From Bdellovibrionota bacterium (GTDB lineage Bacteria > Bdellovibrionota_C > UBA2361 > CALJRW01), in NCBI GenBank assembly GCA_041740355.1, contig JBGSMD010000015.1:32001-96000 (forward strand): a stretch of 64,000 nucleotides of DNA, in the 5' to 3' direction. Positions 31,324 to 41,094 of the stretch are shown in pieces; position 1 is the first letter of the stretch, and every line of letters starts with the position of its first letter. Both the position numbers and the translations under genes were made by a program. The notes beneath the pieces were generated by a model. The model was not told the DNA's origin, ran no database searches, and saw nothing but the letters and a program-made list of their open reading frames with translations.

Positions 31324-33585
31324 TTAATAAAATTGGAAAATTAGTTGATCTTCTTCACAGTCAATCTTAACTTCTCCGCCTTTTTTAAGTTTCCCAAAAA
31401 GTATCTCATCAGCTAGTGCATCCTTAATCTCTTTTTGAATTAAGCGACGCATTGGGCGAGCCCCAAGTTGTAGATCGAAACCTTTGCCCGCTAGGTACTT
31501 GCGAGCTTGGGCACTTAAATGTAATTTAATTTTCTTCTCAATTAATTTAATTGCCAAGTCCGCAACAAACTTATCCACAATATGTAAGACAACCTCTGTT
31601 GGTAAGGCTTGGAAGTAGATAGTTTCATCTAGTCTATTTCTAAATTCAGGACGAAACATTTGCTTTACGGCCTGTTCTCTTTTTGAATTAAATTGCGAAT
31701 TACCAAAACCAAGAGCATTTGAACTTTCTGACCCAACATTGCTGGTCATAATTAAAATACAATTTCTAAAATCAGCTTTGCGACCTTGCGCATCAGTTAA
31801 TGTTGCATCATCCATAATTTGTAAGAGGATATTAAAGACATCATAATGTGCTTTTTCAATCTCATCTAATAAAATTACAGCGTATGGTTGTTTGCGGACC
31901 AAATCGGTTAATATCCCACCTTCATCATAACCAACATATCCCGGAGGAGCCCCAACAAGCCTAGCAACTGCATGCTTTTCCATGTATTCACTCATATCAA
32001 AACGCTGAAATGGAACTTTCAGAACATTTGCTAATTCTTTTGCTAATTCAGTTTTTCCGACACCTGTAGGTCCAGCAAACAAAAATGACCCGATTGGTTT
32101 GCGATCGTCTTGTAAACTTGCACGGCTCCGTTTTATTGCTTTACAAACTGCATCAACTGCATCGTTTTGCCCAAAGACTCGTTCTTTTAAACAAATTTCA
32201 ATATTAGCTAAATGATCAGAATCTTGATCGTCTGGAACATCAACTGGAACGCCAGCAATCATCGAAACAACACTGGCAATTTCTTTTTCGCCAATAATTG
32301 CCCTACGTTTCTTCAGTGGTAACAAATTATTATTAGCGGCCGCTTCATCTAAAACATCAATTGCCTTATCAGGTAAAAAACGATCATTAATATGTTTAGC
32401 AGAAAGTTTGGCTGCCGCTTCAATTGCTACCTCACTAAATCTTACATTATGATATTCCTCGAAATGCTTCTTCAGGCCCTTTAAAATCTCGACTGTTTCG
32501 GGAACACTGGGCTCCTTTAAATTAATCTTTGAAAATCTACGATTTAATGCTCGGTCTTTCTCGAAGCTTTTTTTAAACTCATCATGTGTAGTACTACCGA
32601 TACATCGCAAAATACCCTTGGCTAAAGCAGGTTTTAATAAATTTGCAGCATCAAGTGAACCAGCGCCAGTTGAACCAGCGCCAACTAAAGTATGAATTTC
32701 ATCAATAAATAGAATCGGGTTTGGTAGCTCGGACAGATCTTTTAAGATCATCTGCAATCGCTCTTCTAATTCCCCACGAAATTTTGTCCCGGCAATTAAA
32801 GTTCCAACTTCTAAAACAAAAAGCTCTGACTTTTTCAAAACATCAGGAACCTCACCGCGAATAATTTTCTGCGCTAATCCCGCCGCCATGGCAGTTTTGC
32901 CAACACCAGGGTCTCCGATTAAAACTGGATTGTTTTTTTGCCTACGGCTTAGAATTTGAATCATTCGTTGAATTTCTGAATCTCTTCCGATTACCGGATC
33001 CAATTCACCTTTCTTTGCTGCATCAGTTAGGTTCTCGGTGTAAAGTTGCAAATACTTACCTGCTGATTTTTCTTGTTTCTTATTTTTTTCCCGCACGATC
33101 AACTGCTTATCAGAATTATCAAATAATGGCAGTTTACTAATTCCATGAGTAATATAATGGATTAAAGCAATCTTAGTTAATCCTTGTTTCTTTAAATAAT
33201 ATGCCGCATGTGAATCTGGCTCATCTAAAATTTGAACAAGTACTTCTTTCTCGGTAACTAAAGTTTTTCCGGCAGCCCGCATTTGGATAATTGCCCGCTC
33301 TAAAACATTCTGTACTGCTGTTGTTTGAATTGGAGCAATCTCCTCAACTTCTAATTCTTTTAGATCATTTCCAATAATTACAGTTTCAATGTTTTCATCA
33401 AAATATTTTTCTAAATCTGCTTTTAAGCTATCTACATCCCCACCTGCTTGAATAATAATATCACGTACATTATCATTGTGAATCAGGGCAAACAAAATAT
33501 GCTCTAAACAAAAGTACTGGTGCTTTCGACTGGAAGCCTCCTTGTAGGCTGCTTCTAACAAGTATGCAAATTCAGTACTAAACAT
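31324..33585 (-). CDS. clpA: ATP-dependent Clp protease ATPase subunit ClpA
   Basis: Clp N-domain, two AAA+ modules (GDPGVGKT, GPTGVGKT), no middle domain, LGF ClpP-docking loop; directly after clpS. Confidence 0.95.
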   Translation of the reverse strand: MFSTEFAYLLEAAYKEASSRKHQYFCLEHILFALIHNDNVRDIIIQAGGDVDSLKADLEKYFDENIETVIIGNDLKELEVEEIAPIQTTAVQNVLERAIIQMRAAGKTLVTEKEVLVQILDEPDSHAAYYLKKQGLTKIALIHYITHGISKLPLFDNSDKQLIVREKNKKQEKSAGKYLQLYTENLTDAAKKGELDPVIGRDSEIQRMIQILSRRQKNNPVLIGDPGVGKTAMAAGLAQKIIRGEVPDVLKKSELFVLEVGTLIAGTKFRGELEERLQMILKDLSELPNPILFIDEIHTLVGAGSTGAGSLDAANLLKPALAKGILRCIGSTTHDEFKKSFEKDRALNRRFSKINLKEPSVPETVEILKGLKKHFEEYHNVRFSEVAIEAAAKLSAKHINDRFLPDKAIDVLDEAAANNNLLPLKKRRAIIGEKEIASVVSMIAGVPVDVPDDQDSDHLANIEICLKERVFGQNDAVDAVCKAIKRSRASLQDDRKPIGSFLFAGPTGVGKTELAKELANVLKVPFQRFDMSEYMEKHAVARLVGAPPGYVGYDEGGILTDLVRKQPYAVILLDEIEKAHYDVFNILLQIMDDATLTDAQGRKADFRNCILIMTSNVGSESSNALGFGNSQFNSKREQAVKQMFRPEFRNRLDETIYFQALPTEVVLHIVDKFVADLAIKLIEKKIKLHLSAQARKYLAGKGFDLQLGARPMRRLIQKEIKDALADEILFGKLKKGGEVKIDCEEDQLIFQFY

Positions 33586-33909
33586 TTAAACTTCCTCCAT
33601 TTTTGCTTTTAAAGGATAATCATGTGCCTCAGCCATGAAGTGTACTTGGCGAACTTTTGTATCGGCAATCTCTCTAGCATAAATCCCACAGAGCCCCTGC
33701 CCCTCTTTGTGAATTTTCATCATAATTTGAACAGCTTCAGACGGATTCTTATTAAAAATTGTTTCTAAAACATCCACTACAAAATCCATGCTGGTATAGT
33801 CGTCGTTTAATAATAAAACCTTAAACATTTTTGGCTCTACCAAGTCAATTTTGTCAATGACGGCAACCTCACCATCAAAGTCAGTCTTTGTTTTTGTCTT
33901 ATTTCCCAT
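33586..33909 (-). CDS. clpS: ClpAP adaptor ClpS
   Basis: FKVLLLNDDYTSMDFVV...IH.EG.G...YPL. Confidence 0.96.
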   Translation of the reverse strand: MGNKTKTKTDFDGEVAVIDKIDLVEPKMFKVLLLNDDYTSMDFVVDVLETIFNKNPSEAVQIMMKIHKEGQGLCGIYAREIADTKVRQVHFMAEAHDYPLKAKMEEV

Positions 33910-34073
33910 TTTTCCTATTCTAAGAGAGTCGGCGTTCGAGCGAAAGCCCTTTGCTAGTTTAGCTGTATCATATCTGACTAGGATAATTTACACTTAAGCT
34001 TATTAATACTATCATAATTTACAAAATATTTGAATCAAGTATTCCAATAACATTAACAATTAAACCCTAAGAT

Positions 34074-34709
34074 ATGTCTTGTTTGCAATGTGGAATGGAA
34101 TCCCTACCAGGCTCCAAGATATGTTTAAATTGTGCGGAAGCGAGCATTAAAAATTATCAACTTTCTAATAGCTCAATTAAACTCGCAACTATTGGCCAGC
34201 GTGCCTCGGCACTAACGGTGGAAAGTTTAATTTGGATGGTAATCATCGGAATTGTGGTTTACTTTGTACTCTCTATAAATCTCAGTCCGCATCTACCGAT
34301 GCTGGAACAACTTGGAAATCTAATTTTAACACCCAAAAAGGATCTATTAATTAAAATTGCAATTCAACTAGTAGTTGGTATTAATCTTTTATCTATTATT
34401 TACATAGGTTTAATGTTTCAATATTTTGGAACAACTATTGGTAAACTTTGTCTTGGAATTACAATTATTAATCAAAAATCTGGTAAAAAACTAAATCTTC
34501 TTAATGGCATATTGCGTGATTGGGTCTGTAAATCTGGCTTAAACTTATTAGCCATGATTGCTACCTTTTATGCTTCTGCCTCAATTTCATCTTCCCTCTC
34601 CATATTAGTTACGCTAATTTCGATTGTGCAATACCTAACACCATTTATTGATCCTGACAAAAAAGCATTACATGATTATGTTGCAGGAACAATTGTTATC
34701 GAAAACTAA
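34074..34709 (+). CDS. RDD family membrane protein with N-terminal zinc ribbon
   Basis: CLQC...CLNC; QRASA, TIGKLCLGI, LHDYVAGT. Confidence 0.85.
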   Translation: MSCLQCGMESLPGSKICLNCAEASIKNYQLSNSSIKLATIGQRASALTVESLIWMVIIGIVVYFVLSINLSPHLPMLEQLGNLILTPKKDLLIKIAIQLVVGINLLSIIYIGLMFQYFGTTIGKLCLGITIINQKSGKKLNLLNGILRDWVCKSGLNLLAMIATFYASASISSSLSILVTLISIVQYLTPFIDPDKKALHDYVAGTIVIEN

Positions 34710-34827
34710 GGGAAGTAATTAATGAATTCGATAGTAAACCTATATAGTTTAATACTATTTTAAATTTCGCTTAGGTTTACCATCTCTATTTTTTTATAGG
34801 CATTTAACCTGGACGCCTCTTTTCCGA

Positions 34828-34857
34828 CTTATTCGCCGTAATTTCAGCGAAGGTGGA
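34828..34857 (-). repeat. REP-like repeat family B
   Basis: Reverse complement tccaccttcgctgaaattacggcgaataag; nested within a cctgga...tccagg inverted pair. Confidence 0.6.
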
Positions 34858-34889
34858 AATCCAGGATTTGAAAAGCCCATCAACTTACT

Positions 34890-35522
34890 ATGGCTATTAT
34901 CGCATTTCCGCCGCTAGAAACTGCTGACGAGCATGGGCTCTTAGCATTTGGTGGCGACCTAGAGATCGAATCCCTTTTGCTTGCCTATCAAAGTGGAATC
35001 TTCCCCTGGCCCCATGATCAGTTTGAACTTCTCTGGTTTGCTCCACCAATTCGGGCAATATTAGAAGTGGAAAATTTTCATATTAGTAAAAGCTTGTGCC
35101 GAGTTATCAACAAACAGAATTATCAGTTTTATAAAAACAAAGACTTTGCTTCTGTGATTAGTAACTGCGCCAGAGTCCCTCGTGCCGGGCAACCTGGAAC
35201 CTGGATTACAAAACGAATGATCAAAGCTTACATTGATTTACATTTAGCAGGCTATGCTGATTCTTTTGAGATTTATCAAGACTCAAAACTTGTGGGCGGA
35301 GTCTATGGTGTCCGAATCAAAAATTATTTTGCTGCGGAATCTATGTTTCACCTGACTGACAATGCTTCTAAATTAGCCCTATATCATTTAGTAGCAGATT
35401 TAAAATCCCATCAAATACCTTGGTTTGATTGCCAAGTTCAAAATCCGTTTTTGGAAAAAATGGGAGTTACAGAATTGTTACGTGACGATTTTTTAGTTAA
35501 ACTTTGCCAACAACTTCGTTAA
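34890..35522 (+). CDS. aat: Leucyl/phenylalanyl-tRNA-protein transferase
   Basis: GLLAFGGDL, AYQSGIFPW, GTWIT, LVGGVYG, ESMFH, ASKLAL, DCQ. Confidence 0.95.
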   Translation: MAIIAFPPLETADEHGLLAFGGDLEIESLLLAYQSGIFPWPHDQFELLWFAPPIRAILEVENFHISKSLCRVINKQNYQFYKNKDFASVISNCARVPRAGQPGTWITKRMIKAYIDLHLAGYADSFEIYQDSKLVGGVYGVRIKNYFAAESMFHLTDNASKLALYHLVADLKSHQIPWFDCQVQNPFLEKMGVTELLRDDFLVKLCQQLR

Positions 35523-36332
35523 TTATTTGGGAATCGGATTAGCGATGGACACCAGTCTTTGTGCGACTGGGATGGTAATACCATTCTTATCAAAACTTGT
35601 TTTCACTTTCTCCACTAAATCAAAATAGAAATCCCAATAATCTCCATTTAAAACCCAAGTACGTACATGAATGTTAACCGCACTTTCCGAAAGTTGCCCG
35701 ACTATTATTTGATTGTTTAGATCTTTGATAACACGCGAATCACTACTAACTAACTCCTGCAAAAGATTCTTAGCAATACTAATATCATCTTGATATGAGA
35801 TACTAAATGTTAGATCTACACGTCTGGTGTCCTGCGTAGTAAAATTTACCAAAGCTTGATTTGATAATTGCGCATTGGGAATAACAACTGTTTTATTATC
35901 GGGAGTAGTTAAAATTGTATTAAAAATCTGAATCTCCCTCACGGTACCACCTAAAGCTTGAGCTTCAATGTAATCACCGACCTTAAATGGCTTAAACGCT
36001 AGGATCACTAATCCACCAGCAAAGTTCTGCAAAGTTCCCGAGAGCGCCATACCAATTGCTACACCTGCACCTCCAAGCAACGCCACTAAGGAAGTCATTT
36101 CAACTCCTAATGTTCCAACTGCGATTAGAACCAACATCCCCTTAAGTCCAAAGTCAGAGAGATTAAGTAAGAAGCCTTTAAGCGAAGGTTCTAATTTGGA
36201 CCGATCAAAAAACTTAGCAAATACTTTATTTACAACCTTAATTACTTGCCAACCAATTAGCAGGATTAAGAGAGTAAAAAATGTTCGTAAAAGGTAAGGG
36301 GTTATTATTGTTGTAATCTGATCTAAATTCAT
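35523..36332 (-). CDS. mscS: Small-conductance mechanosensitive channel
   Basis: GGAGVAIGMALSGTLQNFAGG, KPFKVGD, IPN, RRVD. Confidence 0.93.
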   Translation of the reverse strand: MNLDQITTIITPYLLRTFFTLLILLIGWQVIKVVNKVFAKFFDRSKLEPSLKGFLLNLSDFGLKGMLVLIAVGTLGVEMTSLVALLGGAGVAIGMALSGTLQNFAGGLVILAFKPFKVGDYIEAQALGGTVREIQIFNTILTTPDNKTVVIPNAQLSNQALVNFTTQDTRRVDLTFSISYQDDISIAKNLLQELVSSDSRVIKDLNNQIIVGQLSESAVNIHVRTWVLNGDYWDFYFDLVEKVKTSFDKNGITIPVAQRLVSIANPIPK

Positions 36333-36477
36333 GGAAGTTATTAAAGTAAGTCTTAGGAATCTTATTCTACAATACTTAACTGGTATACTTATTTTCTTAC
36401 TTTGTCTCTATTTTTATTGGACTTTGCACATTTGCATTAATTCTCAACATATTTTAAATTCGCATTCCAAATGTTTT

Positions 36478-36550
<73 letters not shown>

Positions 36551-36633
36551 TTCGACTCGCGCAAAAGCGCTCGCTCATGGCAAGCCATGTTTACGAGGAG
36601 AATGCCCTGAGCGACCAAAGGGAGTCGAAGGGC
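36551..36633. repeat. Long imperfect palindrome abutting the tRNA 3' end (REP-like, next to GIY-YIG gene)
   Basis: ttcgactc pairs with gagtcgaa; tcgctcatggca pairs with tgccctgagcga. Confidence 0.75.
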
Positions 36634-36642
36634 AATATAAAT

Positions 36643-36909
36643 CTAACTATTCTTTAACCGCCTCAAATCTCCAACAATCAAAGCATCTTTTTTCTTCCTC
36701 GACCATCTTTTAAGTTGCGCTTCTCTCTTTAAGGCTTCTAACTTTGTAGAAAACATTTCAACGTATACAACTTCCCAAGGTTTATAACGAAAGGTATGGT
36801 TTGACTTCCCAGAATTATGCTCCACCATCCTCCTTCGCAAATCTTTTGTTAATCCAACATAGATTTGAGACGGGTCTGAAATACTTCTTAAAATATAAAC
36901 ATAAGTCAC
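36643..36909 (-). CDS. Stand-alone GIY-YIG nuclease (UPF0213/YhbQ-like)
   Basis: YVYIL...IYVG.T.DL.RR..EHN.G, ALKRE.QLK.WSR.KK. Confidence 0.9.
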   Translation of the reverse strand: MTYVYILRSISDPSQIYVGLTKDLRRRMVEHNSGKSNHTFRYKPWEVVYVEMFSTKLEALKREAQLKRWSRKKKDALIVGDLRRLKNS

Positions 36910-37039
36910 CTGAACTTATCGATGAAGAACAAGAATTGTTGTGTATTGTATAACCTTAGATAATTTGTAAAGTTTCCCTACACTTTCTATAGATTCATTT
37001 AATAAAATTATCCTATAATATATCAAAAAGAGACTAGCA

Positions 37040-38596
37040 CTAAAGGGAAAAAGAGGTCAGCGGTTCGAACCCTCTTAGCTCCACTCTTACATTATTGTGA
37101 TCTCCAAAACCCTGAAATACTTTATAACTTAAAGTAGTTAAGACGGTTCCAAATCCACTTTCTTTGCTAAAGGATAGTTTGTCAGCGAAAATTAATTTTA
37201 AGATTAATCTCTTTGCTTTGAAGTCTCCTTTTTCCCATATTTTATCAGGGTTCCCGATATAGTTTGCTATTTTCTTTAGTACGGTTCCAACATCTAATCT
37301 ATTAGTATCGGTTACTTGCAAATCTGCTTCCAATTTAACTTTCTCATTATTTAAATCCAGTATTTTCTTCTCATACATTGAGATTACAGTTGAATTTGAA
37401 CAATTAGTCATTTGGTTAAAGATTAACTCTATCTTACAATCAAGCTCTTTTAGAGATTGTTCTTTAACCTTATTTTCTTTTGAGATTTCGACAATCTTTT
37501 TTTGCCACACCTCTTTCATTACTTCTTGTGCCAAGTCACAAATTCCCTTTTTTGGCTTTAGGAAGCTTAACAGTGAATAGAATTTCTCTTCTAATTCAAA
37601 TCTTTTAATACTTTTACCATAAACAGTGCATTCTTTATTTCGACAATGATAATACGGATGTAAGCAATTTCTCCCCTTACTCCAACTAGCGGTCAAAGAA
37701 GTTCGACAACAGCTACAAGAAATAAAGCCTCTCAAGACAAAATCCTCATTAATATCTGCTCTCTTTGGTAAATGACTTTTTTGCTTTAGCTTTGCTTGGG
37801 CTTTGAAGAATATATTTGGTGACACAATGGCTTGATGTTCCCCTTTTTGCATTTTGATACCCCAATCAGGTTTATGGATAAATCCCGCATAAAGTGGATT
37901 GCTAAGCAATTTTCCAGTGAATTGATGATAGATAGTACCCTTGGAATTCTTGGGGAAATTAGGATTTTTAATTAAGAAATTTTGAACATCTGATATGCTT
38001 TCAAAGCGTCCAGAAACTAGTCCCTCAAAGGCCTCCTTGATTACATCGCTACTTGGTAGAACTGGAACTATTATTTTATGTTTCTTCTCGTTTACAATCC
38101 TCTTATATCCTAATGGAATAGGAAGCACCCAATGACCTTGCTCCATTCTAGCCTGCATTCTACTTTTAACTTGAATTGCATTCATCTCTCGTTGAAACTG
38201 AGCAATTATCACTTGTACACCTTCTGTGAGGTGGTTTATTGGCGTATCCTCAAGTTCTAAAGATACACTCTCTAGCCTACCACTAAATGAGACTATTATG
38301 TTTTTAAATTGATAGTGGAGTACGGTTCGCCTTGCAAGTCTACTAACATCATCTACGATTACAACAACAGAAATTTTTTGCCTATGATAGGAAGCAATGC
38401 AGGATAATAGCTCTTGGAATCCCTTTCTTATCTCTGTTTTTCCAGAGACTGCTCCATCTCGAAAGACACCCACTACTTCATAATTTTTTGATTGTGCATA
38501 TTTCCGACAACTCTGTTCTTGAGAACTAAGACCATTTCCTTCTTGGACTTGTTTTTGGCTCGAAACTCTACAATAAATTATCGCCTTTTGAATCAT
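37040..38596 (-). CDS. Large serine recombinase (resolvase + recombinase + zinc ribbon + coiled coil)
   Basis: Catalytic YCRVSS, DVSRLAR, LLSNPLYAG, HQAIVS, CSCC...YYHC...C zinc ribbon. Confidence 0.95.
   Translation of the reverse strand: MIQKAIIYCRVSSQKQVQEGNGLSSQEQSCRKYAQSKNYEVVGVFRDGAVSGKTEIRKGFQELLSCIASYHRQKISVVVIVDDVSRLARRTVLHYQFKNIIVSFSGRLESVSLELEDTPINHLTEGVQVIIAQFQREMNAIQVKSRMQARMEQGHWVLPIPLGYKRIVNEKKHKIIVPVLPSSDVIKEAFEGLVSGRFESISDVQNFLIKNPNFPKNSKGTIYHQFTGKLLSNPLYAGFIHKPDWGIKMQKGEHQAIVSPNIFFKAQAKLKQKSHLPKRADINEDFVLRGFISCSCCRTSLTASWSKGRNCLHPYYHCRNKECTVYGKSIKRFELEEKFYSLLSFLKPKKGICDLAQEVMKEVWQKKIVEISKENKVKEQSLKELDCKIELIFNQMTNCSNSTVISMYEKKILDLNNEKVKLEADLQVTDTNRLDVGTVLKKIANYIGNPDKIWEKGDFKAKRLILKLIFADKLSFSKESGFGTVLTTLSYKVFQGFGDHNNVRVELRGFEPLTSFSL
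37051..37083 (+). repeat. Duplicated tRNA-Ala 3' half (att-like site)
   Basis: AAGAGGTCAGCGGTTCGA is identical (18 bp) to 36518-36535; 29 of 33 nt match through the terminal ...CCA. Confidence 0.88.
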
Positions 38597-38738
38597 CGTC
38601 TCTATTCTCCGCCTTTAAGTTTGAAAAATAATCATCGATGATCTGTTCAGCAATAGTTTTTAATGAGCATACTAGTAATTCTAGTTCACTTTCATTAATA
38701 CTTAAATTTTTACAATATTTTTCTTTATCCAAAGCCAC
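38568..38738 (-). CDS. Small 56-aa ORF overlapping the recombinase start (candidate directionality factor)
   Basis: Read manually: GTG-ALDKEKYCKNLSINESELELLVCSLKTIAEQIIDDYFSNLKAENRDDDSKGDNLL-TAG; not in the supplied ORF track. Confidence 0.5.
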   Translation of the reverse strand: MALDKEKYCKNLSINESELELLVCSLKTIAEQIIDDYFSNLKAENRDDDSKGDNLL

Positions 38739-38861
38739 GACACTACGCCTTTAAAAGCAATATGCCTGACTTTGGTGCTTCCAATCATCAGTTATCTAAA
38801 TACATTCATTACTAAATAATTTTCTTACTGTGGGATCTCCACTCATAAAAAAATCGTTCTA

Positions 38862-39698
38862 TTAAAATTTTTTTGTTTTAGTAACCTCTAAATAAGTTAA
38901 TACTCCATCATTTAACTTACCTTCAAAACTACCGTGAGAAAAATTAGCAATTGTTTTGGCTAATTTTTGTAATTCTCTCAAATCTTTGGGCTTTTCTGTT
39001 GTCTTAATTTGAGCAATCTCTCCATTCTTTTTTACAATATTAATATCCTTTATCTTTGGATCTCTTAGGTTTGCCAACAGTTCCATTTCAGATGCTTTCA
39101 TTTTAACTGAGTACATTTCAGATTCTGTTTGTGGATAACTATTTATATCAAAGTATTGAGAAACAATATTTCGTAAATCTAGAAGGATAAATGAGGGCTG
39201 AGAATGAGTATTGAAAATGAAATAATAATTAGAAAGACAAGTACGAGAAATTGGCTGACAATACCCATCAGAAAAAACTAATATGTAAACTGGCCTATTT
39301 AACATAGCCAGAGTCACAGTAGCTTCAAACTGGGGAAAATCTGTATTTCCATTTGGAGCAATGTGCATACTTGAATAACTTCTCTGTAGCTTGCTTACTG
39401 ATAGTCCATAAAGCCTTAACTCTGAAACTATATCAATCCAAAGAATATCCAACATTGTGAATGTTCGCCAACCCTTGTCATTAGCACTTTTGTTATTGGC
39501 AATTATTCCACAATCTGCCCAACTTGATAGAACTCGTGCACTCTGTTTTGTACACTTTAAATTTTTAGTTTTACTAGCAAGGATTGATTTGTTTTGTGAG
39601 TGACTAACCTTGGAGTAATAAATTTGAAGTGCATTCTCAAACTCCTCAGATATTGGAATGAAATTTGTTGGATATGAATATTGATTTATTTCGGCCAT
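38862..39698 (-). CDS. MerR-like HTH protein of a mobile element
   Basis: ARVLSSWADCGII...GWRTFT..DILWI.I..ELR.YGLS..KL fits a MerR HTH. Confidence 0.65.
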   Translation of the reverse strand: MAEINQYSYPTNFIPISEEFENALQIYYSKVSHSQNKSILASKTKNLKCTKQSARVLSSWADCGIIANNKSANDKGWRTFTMLDILWIDIVSELRLYGLSVSKLQRSYSSMHIAPNGNTDFPQFEATVTLAMLNRPVYILVFSDGYCQPISRTCLSNYYFIFNTHSQPSFILLDLRNIVSQYFDINSYPQTESEMYSVKMKASEMELLANLRDPKIKDINIVKKNGEIAQIKTTEKPKDLRELQKLAKTIANFSHGSFEGKLNDGVLTYLEVTKTKKF

Positions 39699-39766
39699 TC
39701 CCTTATATTACATACTAGTAATCATTTTGCAATGACTAGTTACTCATATGTAATAGTTTTAATCAA

Positions 39767-40009
39767 CTATTTGTTTTTATTATATTTTTTTAGGTTATTA
39801 ATTAATGTATTTGGGGAAAGGCCTAAGCATTCAGCTATTAGTATAAATTCAATCACATCTAATCTTCTTTCCCCAGATTCAAATTTCGAGACATAGGACT
39901 GGGGTTTGTCTAACTTTTTGGCAAGCTGAGCCTGAGTAATACCCTTCGCCCTTCTTGATTCTGCGAGAAGAGTAATAAAGTTTTTGTATAGTTCCCTATG
40001 CTGTTGCAT
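39767..40009 (-). CDS. XRE-family HTH transcriptional regulator
   Basis: GITQAQLAKKLDKPQSYVSKFESGERRLDVIEF. Confidence 0.92.
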   Translation of the reverse strand: MQQHRELYKNFITLLAESRRAKGITQAQLAKKLDKPQSYVSKFESGERRLDVIEFILIAECLGLSPNTLINNLKKYNKNK

Positions 40010-40072
40010 AGAGAATTATTGACTCAATCACATTAATATCCCAAAATAGGATATTCTATTTTGGGATATAGT

Positions 40073-40579
40073 ATGTTTTGTTCTTCTTGTGGAAATAAAC
40101 TTCTGGATAATAGCCAATTTTGTAGTAAATGTGGCACCGATCTACAGACTACTGATAAGCCAGAACCAAAGAAAAAGCTTCTTCAACAACCCCTTTCTGA
40201 GCTTAAAATGCATAAAGGATTAATTGTTGTTCTTGTTTTTGTAGTATTCTTTATTGTCTTTAAAGCCTGTTCTCCTGGACAACCAGTAGTAATTGATGAA
40301 AATACTAAGATTGAAAATGCTTGCAAAAAGAAAACAATTGAAGCCAAGGTAATGGCAGAAAGCTTTTTAAAAGATAAGCTTGTTTCTCCTAGTACGGCTG
40401 AATTTTCAGGGATTTTAGATACAAAGATTGCCCCAATCGAGGACTGCTCATACAAAGTTATTGGATTTGTTGATTCTCAGAATAGTTTTGGTGGCCAAAT
40501 CAGAAGCAGTTACATTGCCATTGTTCAATACAATTTAGAAAAAGATTCTTGGAACTTAAAAGATAGTTTGATCAAATAG
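40073..40579 (+). CDS. Zinc-ribbon, single-TM prophage-type membrane protein
   Basis: MFCSSCG...FCSKCG, one TM, then LVSPSTAEF and VDSQNSFGG motifs seen in prophage-associated membrane proteins. Confidence 0.75.
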   Translation: MFCSSCGNKLLDNSQFCSKCGTDLQTTDKPEPKKKLLQQPLSELKMHKGLIVVLVFVVFFIVFKACSPGQPVVIDENTKIENACKKKTIEAKVMAESFLKDKLVSPSTAEFSGILDTKIAPIEDCSYKVIGFVDSQNSFGGQIRSSYIAIVQYNLEKDSWNLKDSLIK

Positions 40580-40580
40580 T

Positions 40581-41084
40581 TCAATGCAAATTACGAATTT
40601 TGATCGCTTCTTCTACGGCTGAGGAAAGATATTTTGCTATCCAATCATATCTTTCCTTACTAGTATAACCTTGAGGATCATAACATTTAACTACATCAGA
40701 TAATTTTATTGGGCTTTTTCCACCATCAAAACTAAGGAGCTCAAAGGGATTTTCACCCTTAACTGATACATTTCCTTGTTTATCTTTAAGCCCGTGTATG
40801 TGTATGCCAACTACACCCTTCTTTCTATGCCAAGATTTTTTTATCTCCTCAAGAACCCAAGGCCTTTGGGAAGTTTCTGAACCAATCAAAACGACAGTGC
40901 ACGAACAGCCTAACATTTGATTATCAATCCAATTTGAGATGGAACTCTTGCCTCCTCTTTTTACCTCCTCCCAATCATTATCAAACAGGAGTGCACTTCT
41001 ATCGACTGAGCCAATATTTCGAATCTGTGCCACTCTCCAATTATCGAGATTATAATGAAAACTGTAAAAACATTTCCGCTTCAC
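40581..41084 (-). CDS. TIR-domain protein, Thoeris ThsB-like (DUF1863/MTH538)
   Basis: KRKCFYSFHY..DNWR, CTVVLIG.ET..RPWV.EEI (putative catalytic Glu), KGVVGIHIH. GTG start at 41084 follows AGGAAG. Confidence 0.88.
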   Translation of the reverse strand: MKRKCFYSFHYNLDNWRVAQIRNIGSVDRSALLFDNDWEEVKRGGKSSISNWIDNQMLGCSCTVVLIGSETSQRPWVLEEIKKSWHRKKGVVGIHIHGLKDKQGNVSVKGENPFELLSFDGGKSPIKLSDVVKCYDPQGYTSKERYDWIAKYLSSAVEEAIKIRNLH

Positions 41085-41094
41085 GCCATTCTTC

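Noticed and set aside
37051-37083. Second functional tRNA
   Set aside because: Only the 3' half is present, the T-stem has a mismatch, and there is no D-arm or anticodon.
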